A stretch of 32,000 bases of DNA from Paracoccus suum (GCF_003324675.1 NZ_CP030918.1:1-32000); one strand, 5' to 3'. Shown: positions 9,357 to 17,847, counted from the stretch's first letter. Made by a program: numbers and translations. The notes: generated from the letters alone by a model not told the origin.

Positions 9357-9590
9357 ATGCAATCCACCATTTTCCGCCTCGGCGCTGTTGGCCTCGTCGC
9401 CGCGACGCTCGCCGCTTGCGCCCCGGGCACCTACCCGCCCATGTCGGCGGACGCGCAGCGTGCGGCCATCGGCGTTGGCGCTGGCGCTGTTGCAGCCAAG
9501 GCCTTCGGTGAGGACCCGGTCAAGGGCGCACTGGTCGGCGGCGCGGCCGGCGCACTGTGCGACGACTTCGGCGTCTGCCGTCCCGGCTGA
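9357..9590 (+). CDS. Small lipoprotein with a glycine-zipper domain
   Basis: The 77-aa product has a signal peptide with lipobox L-A-A-C (VAATLAAC|APG). A Gly/Ala zipper (IGVGAGAVAAKA...GALVGGAAGAL) and a C-terminal CDDFGVC pair follow. An intrinsic terminator lies downstream. Confidence 0.7.
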   Translation: MQSTIFRLGAVGLVAATLAACAPGTYPPMSADAQRAAIGVGAGAVAAKAFGEDPVKGALVGGAAGALCDDFGVCRPG

Positions 9591-9613
9591 TCGCGCGTCA
9601 CTCTCTCAGACTG

Positions 9614-9649
9614 GAACGCCGCTCTTTCACGGGGCGGCGTTTTTTCTTT
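9614..9649 (+). terminator. Rho-independent terminator after the lipoprotein gene
   Basis: A perfect 8-bp stem pairs AACGCCGC (9615-9622) with GCGGCGTT (9634-9641). The stem can be extended by inner C-G and G-U pairs. It is followed directly by TTTTTCTTT (9641-9649) and lies between convergent genes. Confidence 0.8.
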
Positions 9650-9670
9650 GGCGCAACCTCAAGCGCGCAC

Positions 9671-10213
9671 CTAGAGACCGAGGCCAGCGCGACCGATCTC
9701 CTCCAGCCGGCTGGGGAACTTGTCGATGGCGCGGGCGATCTCGCGGACCGTCCACGGGAGCGGCTTGCGCGTTTTCACCTGTCCGTCCTTGTCGATCACG
9801 ACCAGCGAAAACCCTTCCGGCCGCAGCATCTTCCGCCAGACGCTGCCCCCCGCCGGGTCGACATCGGTGACGACCACCACATCGCGCGCCATCAGCGAGG
9901 CGGGCTGGGATTGCAGCGCGGTGATCTGGCGGGTGAAGGCCGGATCGGCCGCCGTATCGGCAAAGACCACGACGACACGCGATTGCCACAGGAATTCGGC
10001 GGGCTGCGCGTCCTTCGCCTCAAGGATGCGCAATTCGTCCTGGGCCGTGGGTGTCGCGACGCTGCCGGGAGCCGGCGCATCGCGGGTGCCGGCGCGGTTC
10101 AGTCCGGCGCCCGGCACCTCGGCGCCTTGCGGCAGCGCCACTGGCCCGGGCCGTCCATCCCCCATCGCCATCAACAAGGGCACCGCGGCTAACATCATCA
10201 TCTTGAATTTCAT
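9671..10213 (-). CDS. DUF4174 domain-containing secreted protein
   Basis: ATG 10213 gives MKFKMMMLAAVPLLMA, a signal peptide. The C-terminal half (WQSRVVVVFADTAADPAF...ARDVVVV...FSLVVIDKDGQVKTRKPLPWTVREIARAIDKFPSR) matches the DUF4174 pattern as I recall it. Confidence 0.7.
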   Translation of the reverse strand: MKFKMMMLAAVPLLMAMGDGRPGPVALPQGAEVPGAGLNRAGTRDAPAPGSVATPTAQDELRILEAKDAQPAEFLWQSRVVVVFADTAADPAFTRQITALQSQPASLMARDVVVVTDVDPAGGSVWRKMLRPEGFSLVVIDKDGQVKTRKPLPWTVREIARAIDKFPSRLEEIGRAGLGL

Positions 10214-10342
10214 CGCCACCTCGCCCGACCTGACCAATATAAGCCACCCTGCCCCGACCGAAAGGCCGGGCGGTGGACAGGCGATTGCATGGCGCAGCGG
10301 GCCGGGCTAGGACCACGCATCCATTCAAGACACGAGGCCCTC

Positions 10343-11629
10343 ATGTCCACGCCCCTGCGTCTCGGGATCGCCGGTCTCGGGACCGTCGGGATCGGGGTCG
10401 TCAAGATCATCCAGACCCATGCCGACCTCATCTCTGCCCGCTGCGGGCGCGAGGTCCGGATCACCGCCGTCTGCGCCCGCGACCGGACCCGCAACCGCGA
10501 TGCCGACCTGTCGCATTACGCGTGGGAAGACTGCGCCCCCGATCTGGCCCGACGCGACGATGTCGACCTGTTCCTGGAACTGATCGGCGGCGAGGAGGGC
10601 ATCGCCCGCGAGGCGATCGAGGTCGCGCTTGCCCATGGCAAGGACGTGGTCACCGCCAACAAGGCGCTGCTTGCGGTCCATGGCCAGCAACTGGCCGAAT
10701 CCGCCGAGGCCGCCGGCCGCGTGATCCGGTTCGAGGCCGCCGTCGCGGGCGGTATTCCGGTCATCAAGACACTGACGGAAAGCCTCGCGGGCAACAGCAT
10801 CAAGCGCGTCATGGGCGTCATGAACGGCACCTGCAACTACATCCTGACCCGGATGCAGTCGGCCGGCCTGCCTTATGACACGGTGTTCGAGGAGGCGCGC
10901 CGCCTCGGCTATCTCGAGGCCGATCCGACACTGGACGTCGGGGGCATCGACGCCGGGCACAAGTTGGCCTTGCTGGCGGCGATCGCGTTCGGCACCCAGC
11001 CCGCCTTTGACGCGGTCGAGATCGAGGGGATCGAGCGGGTCAGCATCGACGACATCCACCGCGCCGCCGACATGGGCTATCGCATCAAGCTGCTGGGCGT
11101 CGCGCAATCGACCGGGCGCGGGCTGGAGCAGCGCATGTCGCCCTGCCTGGTGCCGGCCGACAGCCCGCTGGGCCAACTCGAGGGCGGCACCAACATGGTG
11201 GTGATCGAGGGCGACGCCGTCGGCCAGATCGTCCTGCGCGGCGCTGGGGCGGGCGAGGGTCCGACCGCGAGCGCCGTGATGTCCGACGTGATCGAGATTG
11301 CGCGCGGCGTGCGCTTGCCGACCTTTGGCCAGCCCGCCTCTGCCCTCGCGCGCCCCACTCCGGCCCGCACCGCCGTGCCCGCCGCCTACTACCTGCGGCT
11401 GGAGTTGGTGGACAAGCCCGGCGCCCTCGCCAAGGTCGCGACCGTGCTGGGAGATGCCGGCATCTCGATCGACCGGATGCGCCAGTACGGGCATTCGGAC
11501 GGCGCCGCCCCCGTGCTGATCGTGACCCACAAGACCACCCCGGACGCCATCGACCACGCCATCGCCGCCCTGCCCGGCACCGGGGTCATCCACGGTGAGC
11601 CGGTCGAGCTGCGCATCGAAGAGGTCTGA
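10343..11629 (+). CDS. hom: Homoserine dehydrogenase
   Basis: The NAD(P)-binding N-terminus is LRLGIAGLGTVGIGV. The catalytic region contains NGTCNYILT and EADPTLDVGGIDAGHKLALLA. A C-terminal ACT domain is present (YYLRLELVDKPGALAKVATVLGDAGISI). ATG 10343 was chosen over the track start at 10289. Confidence 0.93.
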   Translation: MSTPLRLGIAGLGTVGIGVVKIIQTHADLISARCGREVRITAVCARDRTRNRDADLSHYAWEDCAPDLARRDDVDLFLELIGGEEGIAREAIEVALAHGKDVVTANKALLAVHGQQLAESAEAAGRVIRFEAAVAGGIPVIKTLTESLAGNSIKRVMGVMNGTCNYILTRMQSAGLPYDTVFEEARRLGYLEADPTLDVGGIDAGHKLALLAAIAFGTQPAFDAVEIEGIERVSIDDIHRAADMGYRIKLLGVAQSTGRGLEQRMSPCLVPADSPLGQLEGGTNMVVIEGDAVGQIVLRGAGAGEGPTASAVMSDVIEIARGVRLPTFGQPASALARPTPARTAVPAAYYLRLELVDKPGALAKVATVLGDAGISIDRMRQYGHSDGAAPVLIVTHKTTPDAIDHAIAALPGTGVIHGEPVELRIEEV

Positions 11630-11763
11630 GGGCGCGGGCAACCCGCCGCTCGGCACGGACCCAACCGCGCCCGCAGGCGGCGGTCCGCCCCCGTTCCCAA
11701 GGGCACTGGCCGCAGGACAATACGCACGCAATACTCGGCGGTGTCATCCGCCGAGGAATGCTC

Positions 11764-12534
11764 ATGTCCGAACCTGTCCTGTTTGAAACCAGCGGCCCGG
11801 TCGCCATTATCACCATTAACCGCCCCGACCGCATGAACGCCCTCGGGCTCGCCGTGCGCGAGGGACTGTGGGACGCGTTTCACCGCTTCGAGGACGACTC
11901 GGACCTGCAGGTCGCGATCCTGACCGCGACCGGCACGCGCGCCTTTTGCGCCGGACTTGACCTCAAAGAGGCTTCCGAGACTGGCTTGCAAGCGTTGCCC
12001 AAGGGACGCGGCGGGCTGCCCGTCATCGGCAATCCGATGCATATCACCAAGCCGACCATCGCCGCCGTCAACGGTGTCGCCATGGCGGGCGGCTGGCTGA
12101 TGGCGCAGATGTGCGATCTGTGCGTCGCCGCCGATCACGCCCGGTTCGCCGTGACCGAGGTCAAGGTCGGCCGCGGCGTGCCATGGGCCGTGCCCCTGAT
12201 TCACATGCTCCCCCAGCGTATCGCGATGGAATTGCTGCTGACGGGCGAGGCAATGTCCGCCCAGCGCCTGGCCGAAATCGGCTATCTGAACCGCGTCGTG
12301 CCTGCCGCGGACCTGATGGACGCCGCTATGACGCTGGCCAGCACCATCGCCGCCAACGCCCCCCTCAGCGTACGGGCCGCGCGGGCCGTGATGCATCTTG
12401 CGGGCGAGCATGGCCGGACCGAGGCCCTGGCCGCGGCCGACGCCGTGTTCGCCCCGGTCTATGCCAGCCTGGACGCCCTGGAAGGGCCGCGCGCCTTTGC
12501 AGAAAAGCGCGCGCCGAAGTGGCTGGGACGGTAA
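11764..12534 (+). CDS. Enoyl-CoA hydratase/isomerase (crotonase) family protein
   Basis: The crotonase fold signatures are VAIITINRPDRMNAL, FCAGLDLKE and AAVNGVAMAGG. ATG 11764 sits 7 nt after GAGG (11753-11756). The in-frame ATG at 11758 is too close to that SD. Confidence 0.8.
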   Translation: MSEPVLFETSGPVAIITINRPDRMNALGLAVREGLWDAFHRFEDDSDLQVAILTATGTRAFCAGLDLKEASETGLQALPKGRGGLPVIGNPMHITKPTIAAVNGVAMAGGWLMAQMCDLCVAADHARFAVTEVKVGRGVPWAVPLIHMLPQRIAMELLLTGEAMSAQRLAEIGYLNRVVPAADLMDAAMTLASTIAANAPLSVRAARAVMHLAGEHGRTEALAAADAVFAPVYASLDALEGPRAFAEKRAPKWLGR

Positions 12535-12657
12535 CCACGCCGCACAAGGACGGTTGCGCAAGCCGCATGATTTCGCAAAGTGGGCGCACCCGGCTGGAAT
12601 GAATTCGGATGCGCGTACTGCGTCCGGCACGGGCGGGAAATGGGGAAGGGAACACCA

Positions 12658-13608
12658 ATGTTTCGCAGTCTGATCGGGGCGGCCGTCGCCGTTGTCATGG
12701 GGGCAGGCCTTGCCGCGGCCGAGCCTGCAGTGGTGCTGGCGCCGGGCGGCGCTGGCGGCGGCTATGATGCCATGGCCCGCCAGCCGTTCGAGGCGATGGC
12801 CGCCGACGGCATCTTTACCGATGGCGCCACGTTCGAGAACAAGGGCGGCGCCGGGGGCACCATCGGCCTCGCACAGTTCGTCAAGGCCAACCGCGGCAAT
12901 GACAACGCCATCATGTCTATGGGCTCAATCCTGGTCGGCGGCATCGCGCTGAACAATTCGCCGGTCACGCTGAAAGACGTGACCCCGCTTGCGCGCCTGA
13001 TCAACGACACCGGCGTCATCGCTGTTGGCAAGGACAGCCCCTACAAGACCATCGCCGACCTGGTCGCCGCGATGAAGGAGAATATCGGCGCCGTCTCGGT
13101 CGGCGGCGGCTCGGCTGGCGGTGTCGATCACATCACCGCGGGCCTGATCGCCCAGGCGTCGGGCCTCGATCCCAAGGCAGTCAACTACATCGCCTCTGAA
13201 TCGGGCGCGGACACGGTCACGCTGCTGGGCGGCGGGGCGATTGCCGCCGCGATCTCGGGCGCGAGCGAGTTCAAGCCTATGGCCGACGCCGGCCGTATCC
13301 GCATCCTCGCCGTGACCTCGGCCGAGCGCTTTCCGGGGATCGACGCTCCGACCCTCAAAGAGTCCGGCATCGATATCGTCATCGGCAACTGGCGCGGGCT
13401 TGTTGGCGCCCCCGACATGAGCGATGCGGCAAAGGCCACCTGGATCGAGCGGCTGACCAAGATGCACGAGGGCCCGGCCTGGAAAGCGGTGCTGGAAAAG
13501 CAGGGTTGGGAAGACGCGTTCCTGGCCGGCGACGACTTCACCAAATTCCTCGCCGAGGAGGAAACCCGCCAGACCGAAGTGCTGCGCACGCTTGGCCTGA
13601 TCAAGTAA
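12658..13608 (+). CDS. tctC: Tripartite tricarboxylate transporter substrate-binding protein (Bug/TctC family)
   Basis: ATG 12658 is preceded by GGGGAAGGG. A signal peptide (MFRSLIGAAVAVVMGAGLAAAEP) is present. The Bug-family core (APGGAGGGYDAMAR...NWRGLVGAP) is followed by tctB and tctA. Confidence 0.85.
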   Translation: MFRSLIGAAVAVVMGAGLAAAEPAVVLAPGGAGGGYDAMARQPFEAMAADGIFTDGATFENKGGAGGTIGLAQFVKANRGNDNAIMSMGSILVGGIALNNSPVTLKDVTPLARLINDTGVIAVGKDSPYKTIADLVAAMKENIGAVSVGGGSAGGVDHITAGLIAQASGLDPKAVNYIASESGADTVTLLGGGAIAAAISGASEFKPMADAGRIRILAVTSAERFPGIDAPTLKESGIDIVIGNWRGLVGAPDMSDAAKATWIERLTKMHEGPAWKAVLEKQGWEDAFLAGDDFTKFLAEEETRQTEVLRTLGLIK

Positions 13609-13622
13609 TCTGTCCGACCAAT

Positions 13623-13647
13623 CGGTGCCCGGCCCGTCCGGGCACCG
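13623..13647 (+). promoter_or_regulatory. Intercistronic GC hairpin between tctC and tctB
   Basis: A perfect 10-bp stem pairs CGGTGCCCGG (13623-13632) with CCGGGCACCG (13638-13647), with a 5-nt loop CCCGT. No strong T-tract follows, so this is more likely a partial attenuator or mRNA-stabilising element than a full terminator. Confidence 0.5.
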
Positions 13648-13675
13648 TCTCATCTCAGTGTTGGGAGACCGCGGC

Positions 13676-14152
13676 ATGCAGCGTGACAAGCCGTATTGGC
13701 TGGCGGCGGGGGTTGCGCTGATGGGCGCGATCTGGCTGTGGCAAGGCCTCAAGCTGCCTCAGACGGATCAGTACGCGCATATCGGACCCGGCCTGCCGGT
13801 CACCTTGGTCGGCGCGGCGCTGATTTTTCTGGGCGCGATCCTCGCATGGCAGATCCGGCAGGGCGTTCGGTTCGAGGCGCAGGAAGCCGAGGATGTCGAT
13901 CTTGACGCTGGCGTGTCATGGCGCAGCCTCGGCTTGGCTGCGGTCGCGGCAGCCGTGCCCATGGTGACGATGCAATCACTTGGCTTCGTCATAACCTGCA
14001 TCATCAGCTTCTGGCTGGTTGCCCGCGCATTTCGCGCGCCGCGTCCGCTGCTGGACCTGCTGGTCGGCGCGGTGCTGTCGGTGACCGCGTTCTTTCTGTT
14101 TCGCAAGCTGGGCGTACAACTGGGGCCGCTGGCGCCCTTCCTGGGGGTTTAG
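13676..14152 (+). CDS. tctB: Tripartite tricarboxylate transporter small membrane subunit (TctB family)
   Basis: The roughly 158-aa protein has four predicted TM helices and sits between tctC and tctA. ATG 13676 is preceded by GGGAGA. Confidence 0.8.
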   Translation: MQRDKPYWLAAGVALMGAIWLWQGLKLPQTDQYAHIGPGLPVTLVGAALIFLGAILAWQIRQGVRFEAQEAEDVDLDAGVSWRSLGLAAVAAAVPMVTMQSLGFVITCIISFWLVARAFRAPRPLLDLLVGAVLSVTAFFLFRKLGVQLGPLAPFLGV

Positions 14153-14155
14153 GCC

Positions 14156-15667
14156 ATGGATTCAGTCACCCAGCTGCTGCACGGCTTTTCGATCGCAATG
14201 CAACCCATCAACCTGATGTGGGCCCTGATCGGGACATTCCTGGGCACAGCCGTGGGCGTGCTGCCGGGCATCGGCCCGGCGCTAACTATCGCCTTACTGC
14301 TGCCCGTTACCGCGAATGTCGCGCCGACCTCGGCGTTTATCATGTTTGCCGGCATCTTTTACGGCGCGATGTATGGCGGCTCGACCACGTCCATCCTGCT
14401 GAACACGCCGGGCGAGAGCGGCAGCATGATGACCGCGCTGGAAGGCAACAAGATGGCCCGCAAGGGGCGCGGCGCCGCGGCGCTGGCCACGGCTGCGATC
14501 GGCAGCTTCGTCGCCGGAACCATCGCGACGCTGGGCTTGACCTTCCTCGCCCCCCCGATTGCCGAACTGGCCTTTCTGTTCAAGCCGCAGGATTATTTCG
14601 CCCTGATGCTGCTGGCGTTCCTGTCGGTCAGCGTGGTGCTGGGCAGTTCCAAGGTGCGGGGCTTTATCGCACTCTTCATCGGCCTCGCGCTGGGGCTGAT
14701 GGGTATCGACAAGCAGACGGGGGTACAGCGCATCACCTTTGGCCTGCCGGACATGCTCGACGGGGTCGAGATGACGGTGGTGCTTGTCTCGCTCTTCGCT
14801 ATTGGCGAGACGCTGTATGTCGCCAGCCGCTTTGCCAGCGCGCCGCCGCGGCTGAACCCGCTGGCGGGCGGCATCTGGATGACGCGCGAGGACTGGCGGC
14901 GGTCATGGATGCCATGGCTGCGCGGCACGGCGCTCGGCTTTCCTATCGGCGCCCTGCCCGCCGGCGGGTCCGAGATCCCGACGTTCCTGTCCTATGCTCT
15001 GGAGCGGCGCCTTTCGCGCCACAAGGAGGAGTTCGGCCAGGGCGCCATCGAAGGCGTCGCCGGCCCCGAGGCCGCGAACAACGCCTCCGCTGCTGGCGTG
15101 CTGGTGCCGCTGTTGACGCTGGGGTTGCCGACCTCAGCCACGGCAGCAATCCTGCTGGCGGCGTTCCAGAACTATGGTCTGCAACCGGGGCCGCTGCTGT
15201 TCATCAACAGCGGCGATCTGGTCTGGGCGCTGATCGCCTCGCTTTACGTCGGCAACCTGATGCTGCTGGTCCTGAATCTGCCGCTGGTCGGGTTGTGGGT
15301 GCGGCTGCTGTTCGTGCCCCGGCCATGGCTCTACGGCGGCATTCTGGTATTCGCGCTGGTGGGCATCTGGGGCGCGGCGAACAGCTGGCTGGACCTCGCG
15401 CTGATGTTCCTGATCGGTTGCCTCGGCTATCTGATGCGGGTTTTCGACTTTCCCATCGCGCCCGTGTTGATCGGCCTGATCCTTGGCCCGCTGGCCGAGG
15501 TGCAGTTACGCCGCGCGCTGGCGATCGGCCAGGGGGACCCGCTGGTGCTGGTCTCGACGCCGCTGTCGGGCATGTTGTGGTTCGTCGCCCTGATGATCGT
15601 CGTTGTTCCGGCGGCCCTGCACTGGAACCGGGCGCGTCAGCGCGCGGGAACGCTGCCGCCGGTCTGA
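14156..15667 (+). CDS. tctA: Tripartite tricarboxylate transporter large permease (TctA family)
   Basis: The 503-aa polytopic membrane protein has a typical TctA N-terminus ([36 protein letters not shown]) and internal GESGS and GPEAANNA motifs. It starts 3 nt after the tctB stop. Confidence 0.9.
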   Translation: MDSVTQLLHGFSIAMQPINLMWALIGTFLGTAVGVLPGIGPALTIALLLPVTANVAPTSAFIMFAGIFYGAMYGGSTTSILLNTPGESGSMMTALEGNKMARKGRGAAALATAAIGSFVAGTIATLGLTFLAPPIAELAFLFKPQDYFALMLLAFLSVSVVLGSSKVRGFIALFIGLALGLMGIDKQTGVQRITFGLPDMLDGVEMTVVLVSLFAIGETLYVASRFASAPPRLNPLAGGIWMTREDWRRSWMPWLRGTALGFPIGALPAGGSEIPTFLSYALERRLSRHKEEFGQGAIEGVAGPEAANNASAAGVLVPLLTLGLPTSATAAILLAAFQNYGLQPGPLLFINSGDLVWALIASLYVGNLMLLVLNLPLVGLWVRLLFVPRPWLYGGILVFALVGIWGAANSWLDLALMFLIGCLGYLMRVFDFPIAPVLIGLILGPLAEVQLRRALAIGQGDPLVLVSTPLSGMLWFVALMIVVVPAALHWNRARQRAGTLPPV

Positions 15668-15673
15668 GGGTCG

Positions 15674-16687
15674 ATGCTTCGTGCCCAGACGGTGGTGCTC
15701 GCTGCATCGGGGGTCGCGCTGTTCCTGGCGCTCGGACTGCCGCTGCCATTCCTGTTCGGGCCGCTTGCCGCCTGCCTGATTGCGGCGCTGGCGGGGGCAC
15801 GAATGCGCGGCCTCAGCCGCGCCTCGGTCGCGGCCCGCACGATCCTGGGCGTCGCGGTCGGCGCGTCGCTCACCCCGACTGTGCTGGCGCGAGTGCCGTC
15901 GATGGCCGGATCGGTCGCGCTCGTGCCGGTCTATATCCTCCTGATCGGCGTGATCGGAGTGCCCTTCTTTCGCCGCCTCGGGGGCTATGACCGGGTCACC
16001 GCCTTTTTCGCTGCAATGCCCGGCGGGGCGAGCGACATGGTGATCTTTGGTCAGGCCGCGGGGGGCAATCCGCGGGCGCTGTCGCTGATCCACGCAACCC
16101 GGGTGCTGGTGATCGTCGTGGTCGCGCCGATCGTCCTGACCCAAGGCTACGGCGCGGCGCTGACCAACCCGATTGGCGCCCCCGCCGCTGCCATCCCTCT
16201 GGACCAGCTGGCGCTGATGGCCCTTGCCGCACTGGTCGGATGGGGCGTGGCCCACCGGGCCGGGCTGTTCGGCGCCGCGATCCTCGGGCCGATGATTGCG
16301 GCGGCAGTGCTGACGCTGGCCGGGCTGATCCACATGCGCCCGCCGCGCGAGGCGCTGATGAGCGCGCAGTTCCTGATCGGCCTCGGGATCGGGGTGCAAT
16401 ACAGCGGCATCACCTTGGGCGAGTTGCGGCGGACGGTCCTGCTCGCGACCGCCTTCATGCTGCTGCTGGCCGCCATCGCCGCGGGTTTCACCGAAGTCGT
16501 GACCCTGACCGGCTTGGCCAATCCCGTCGAGGCCTTCCTCGCCTTCTCGCCCGGCGGGCAGGCCGAAATGGCGATGCTGGCGATCATCACAGGGGCCGAT
16601 CTGGGCTTTGTTGTGACCCATCACCTGACGCGGCTGGTGCTGGTCCTGCTGGGTGCACCGCTGCTGGCGCGCATCCTGCGAGACTGA
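15674..16687 (+). CDS. AbrB-duplication family membrane protein (PF05145-type, often annotated 'AbrB family transcriptional regulator' or 'putative ammonia monooxygenase')
   Basis: The 337-aa protein is highly hydrophobic and shows a visible internal duplication: each half carries a PGG-x2-(D/E)-M motif (FFAAMPGGASDMVIFG and LAFSPGGQAEMAMLA). It starts 6 nt after the tctA stop. Confidence 0.7.
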   Translation: MLRAQTVVLAASGVALFLALGLPLPFLFGPLAACLIAALAGARMRGLSRASVAARTILGVAVGASLTPTVLARVPSMAGSVALVPVYILLIGVIGVPFFRRLGGYDRVTAFFAAMPGGASDMVIFGQAAGGNPRALSLIHATRVLVIVVVAPIVLTQGYGAALTNPIGAPAAAIPLDQLALMALAALVGWGVAHRAGLFGAAILGPMIAAAVLTLAGLIHMRPPREALMSAQFLIGLGIGVQYSGITLGELRRTVLLATAFMLLLAAIAAGFTEVVTLTGLANPVEAFLAFSPGGQAEMAMLAIITGADLGFVVTHHLTRLVLVLLGAPLLARILRD

Positions 16688-16698
16688 GGCCAGCTGGT

Positions 16699-17847
16699 TC
16701 AGTCGATGGCGACCTGCCCCTGCATCAGCCGCCGCGCGGTGCGGAACGACGCCGCGCTGATCGCCCGCCATTCACCGCCCGCATCGCGCGCAACCTCGGC
16801 GCCGACCGTGATGACGCCCGAGGGCGTGCCGACACGCACCATGCCGCGAGCCGGCTGATCGGCCGCTGTCCGCGCCAGACGGTTCGGAAGCGTTCCTTCG
16901 ATCCCGCAGGCAACCCCGAGACAGAGGGCGCTGGCCAGCGGCACCGCGCGGTGGGGGCGCCCCATCGACAGCATCCGCGTGGCGATATCATGGCTGCCCG
17001 CATTCCACCGCGTGCCGTCGAGGCTGGTGAAATCCGCCGGGGCCGAGACGACGGCGATGCGTGGATTGAACAGCCCCAGCGCGTCGGGCCTTTCCGCCAG
17101 TCCCATCAGCACCCCGGCCCGGCGACGAATCTCATCCAGCCGGGCCATGACCTCGCCCCTCGCCTCTATGGCGTCGGGCGATTCCGTCCCGGTCAGCCCG
17201 ACCGAGGCGGCGGCCACGAAGACGCAGGCGTTCGAGCTGTCGATCAGCGATACCTCGACCGAACTGCCATCCGCCAGCACCAGCTCCTGCGTCAGTTGTC
17301 CGGTCGGCAGCAACCGCCCCGTGATCGCCCCGCCCGGATCGCGGTAATCGAGGCGGATCATCGCGCCCGTCCCAGCGACGCCGGCGATCACGAAATCGCC
17401 TTGCACCACCGGCACTCCGTCCGCGCAGGGGAATCGCGAGTAGATGATCTTGCCGGTCGCCGCCTCGCGAAAACGCACCAGCGCCTCGCCATCGGCAGGG
17501 GGCGGCACCAACCCCTCCTCGACTGCAAAGGGTCCGACGACCGAGGCGAGGTTGCCGCACACCCCGTCCCATACGCATTCCGCCGCATCCACGGCGACCT
17601 GCACGAAGGTGTAATCGACATCTGCCGCCGGATCATCCGAGGGCGCCAGGATCACCGCCTTGGACAGCGAGCTGATGCCGCCGCCCATGCCGTTCAGTTG
17701 CCGCCCATTCGGATCGGGGCTGCCGAGGACGGCGAGCAGGATCGCCTCGATCTCGGCGCGGTCATCAGGCAGGTCGCGGGCATGAAAGATCACCCCCTTG
17801 GAGCTGCCGCCGCGATAAAACACTGCCGGAACAAAACTCTGCCCCAT
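16699..17847 (-). CDS. PrpF-family isomerase (family of 2-methylaconitate isomerase / aconitate isomerase / 4-oxalomesaconate tautomerase)
   Basis: The N-terminus VPAVFYRGGSSKGVIFHARDLP...LGSPDPNGRQLNGMGGGISSLSKAVIL matches the conserved PrpF core, including the SK(A/T)VI lysine region, and a later CGN motif is present. ATG 17847 was chosen. Substrate cannot be assigned from sequence. Confidence 0.85.
   Translation of the reverse strand: MGQSFVPAVFYRGGSSKGVIFHARDLPDDRAEIEAILLAVLGSPDPNGRQLNGMGGGISSLSKAVILAPSDDPAADVDYTFVQVAVDAAECVWDGVCGNLASVVGPFAVEEGLVPPPADGEALVRFREAATGKIIYSRFPCADGVPVVQGDFVIAGVAGTGAMIRLDYRDPGGAITGRLLPTGQLTQELVLADGSSVEVSLIDSSNACVFVAAASVGLTGTESPDAIEARGEVMARLDEIRRRAGVLMGLAERPDALGLFNPRIAVVSAPADFTSLDGTRWNAGSHDIATRMLSMGRPHRAVPLASALCLGVACGIEGTLPNRLARTAADQPARGMVRVGTPSGVITVGAEVARDAGGEWRAISAASFRTARRLMQGQVAID

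Noticed and set aside
9613-9641. GGAAC...CGTT resembling an alphaproteobacterial EcfG general-stress promoter
   Set aside because: The spacer is 20 nt, not the usual 16-17. In addition, both elements are simply the two arms of the terminator hairpin downstream of the lipoprotein gene.
9127-9870. A 247-aa plus-strand ORF crossing the intergenic region, the lipoprotein gene, the terminator and the DUF4174 gene
   Set aside because: It runs straight through a strong intrinsic terminator and overlaps two better-supported genes. The product is Pro/Arg/Ser-rich with no features.
10325-11731. A 468-aa minus-strand ORF antisense to hom
   Set aside because: It is a shadow ORF. hom on the plus strand has clear NAD-binding, catalytic and ACT motifs, and the antisense product is low-complexity.
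12554-12628. TTGCGCAA palindrome (12554-12561), a nearby TTCGCAA repeat and a GGATGC/GCGTCC stem in the tctC leader, considered as regulator sites
   Set aside because: The elements are short and statistically unremarkable in GC-rich DNA. No adjacent regulator gene anchors an interpretation. I note them but do not call them.
13918-15990. A 690-aa plus-strand ORF in an alternative frame over tctB, tctA and the AbrB-dup gene
   Set aside because: It is out of frame with a bona fide TctA. The product is Arg/Gly/Pro-rich with no TM pattern or domains.
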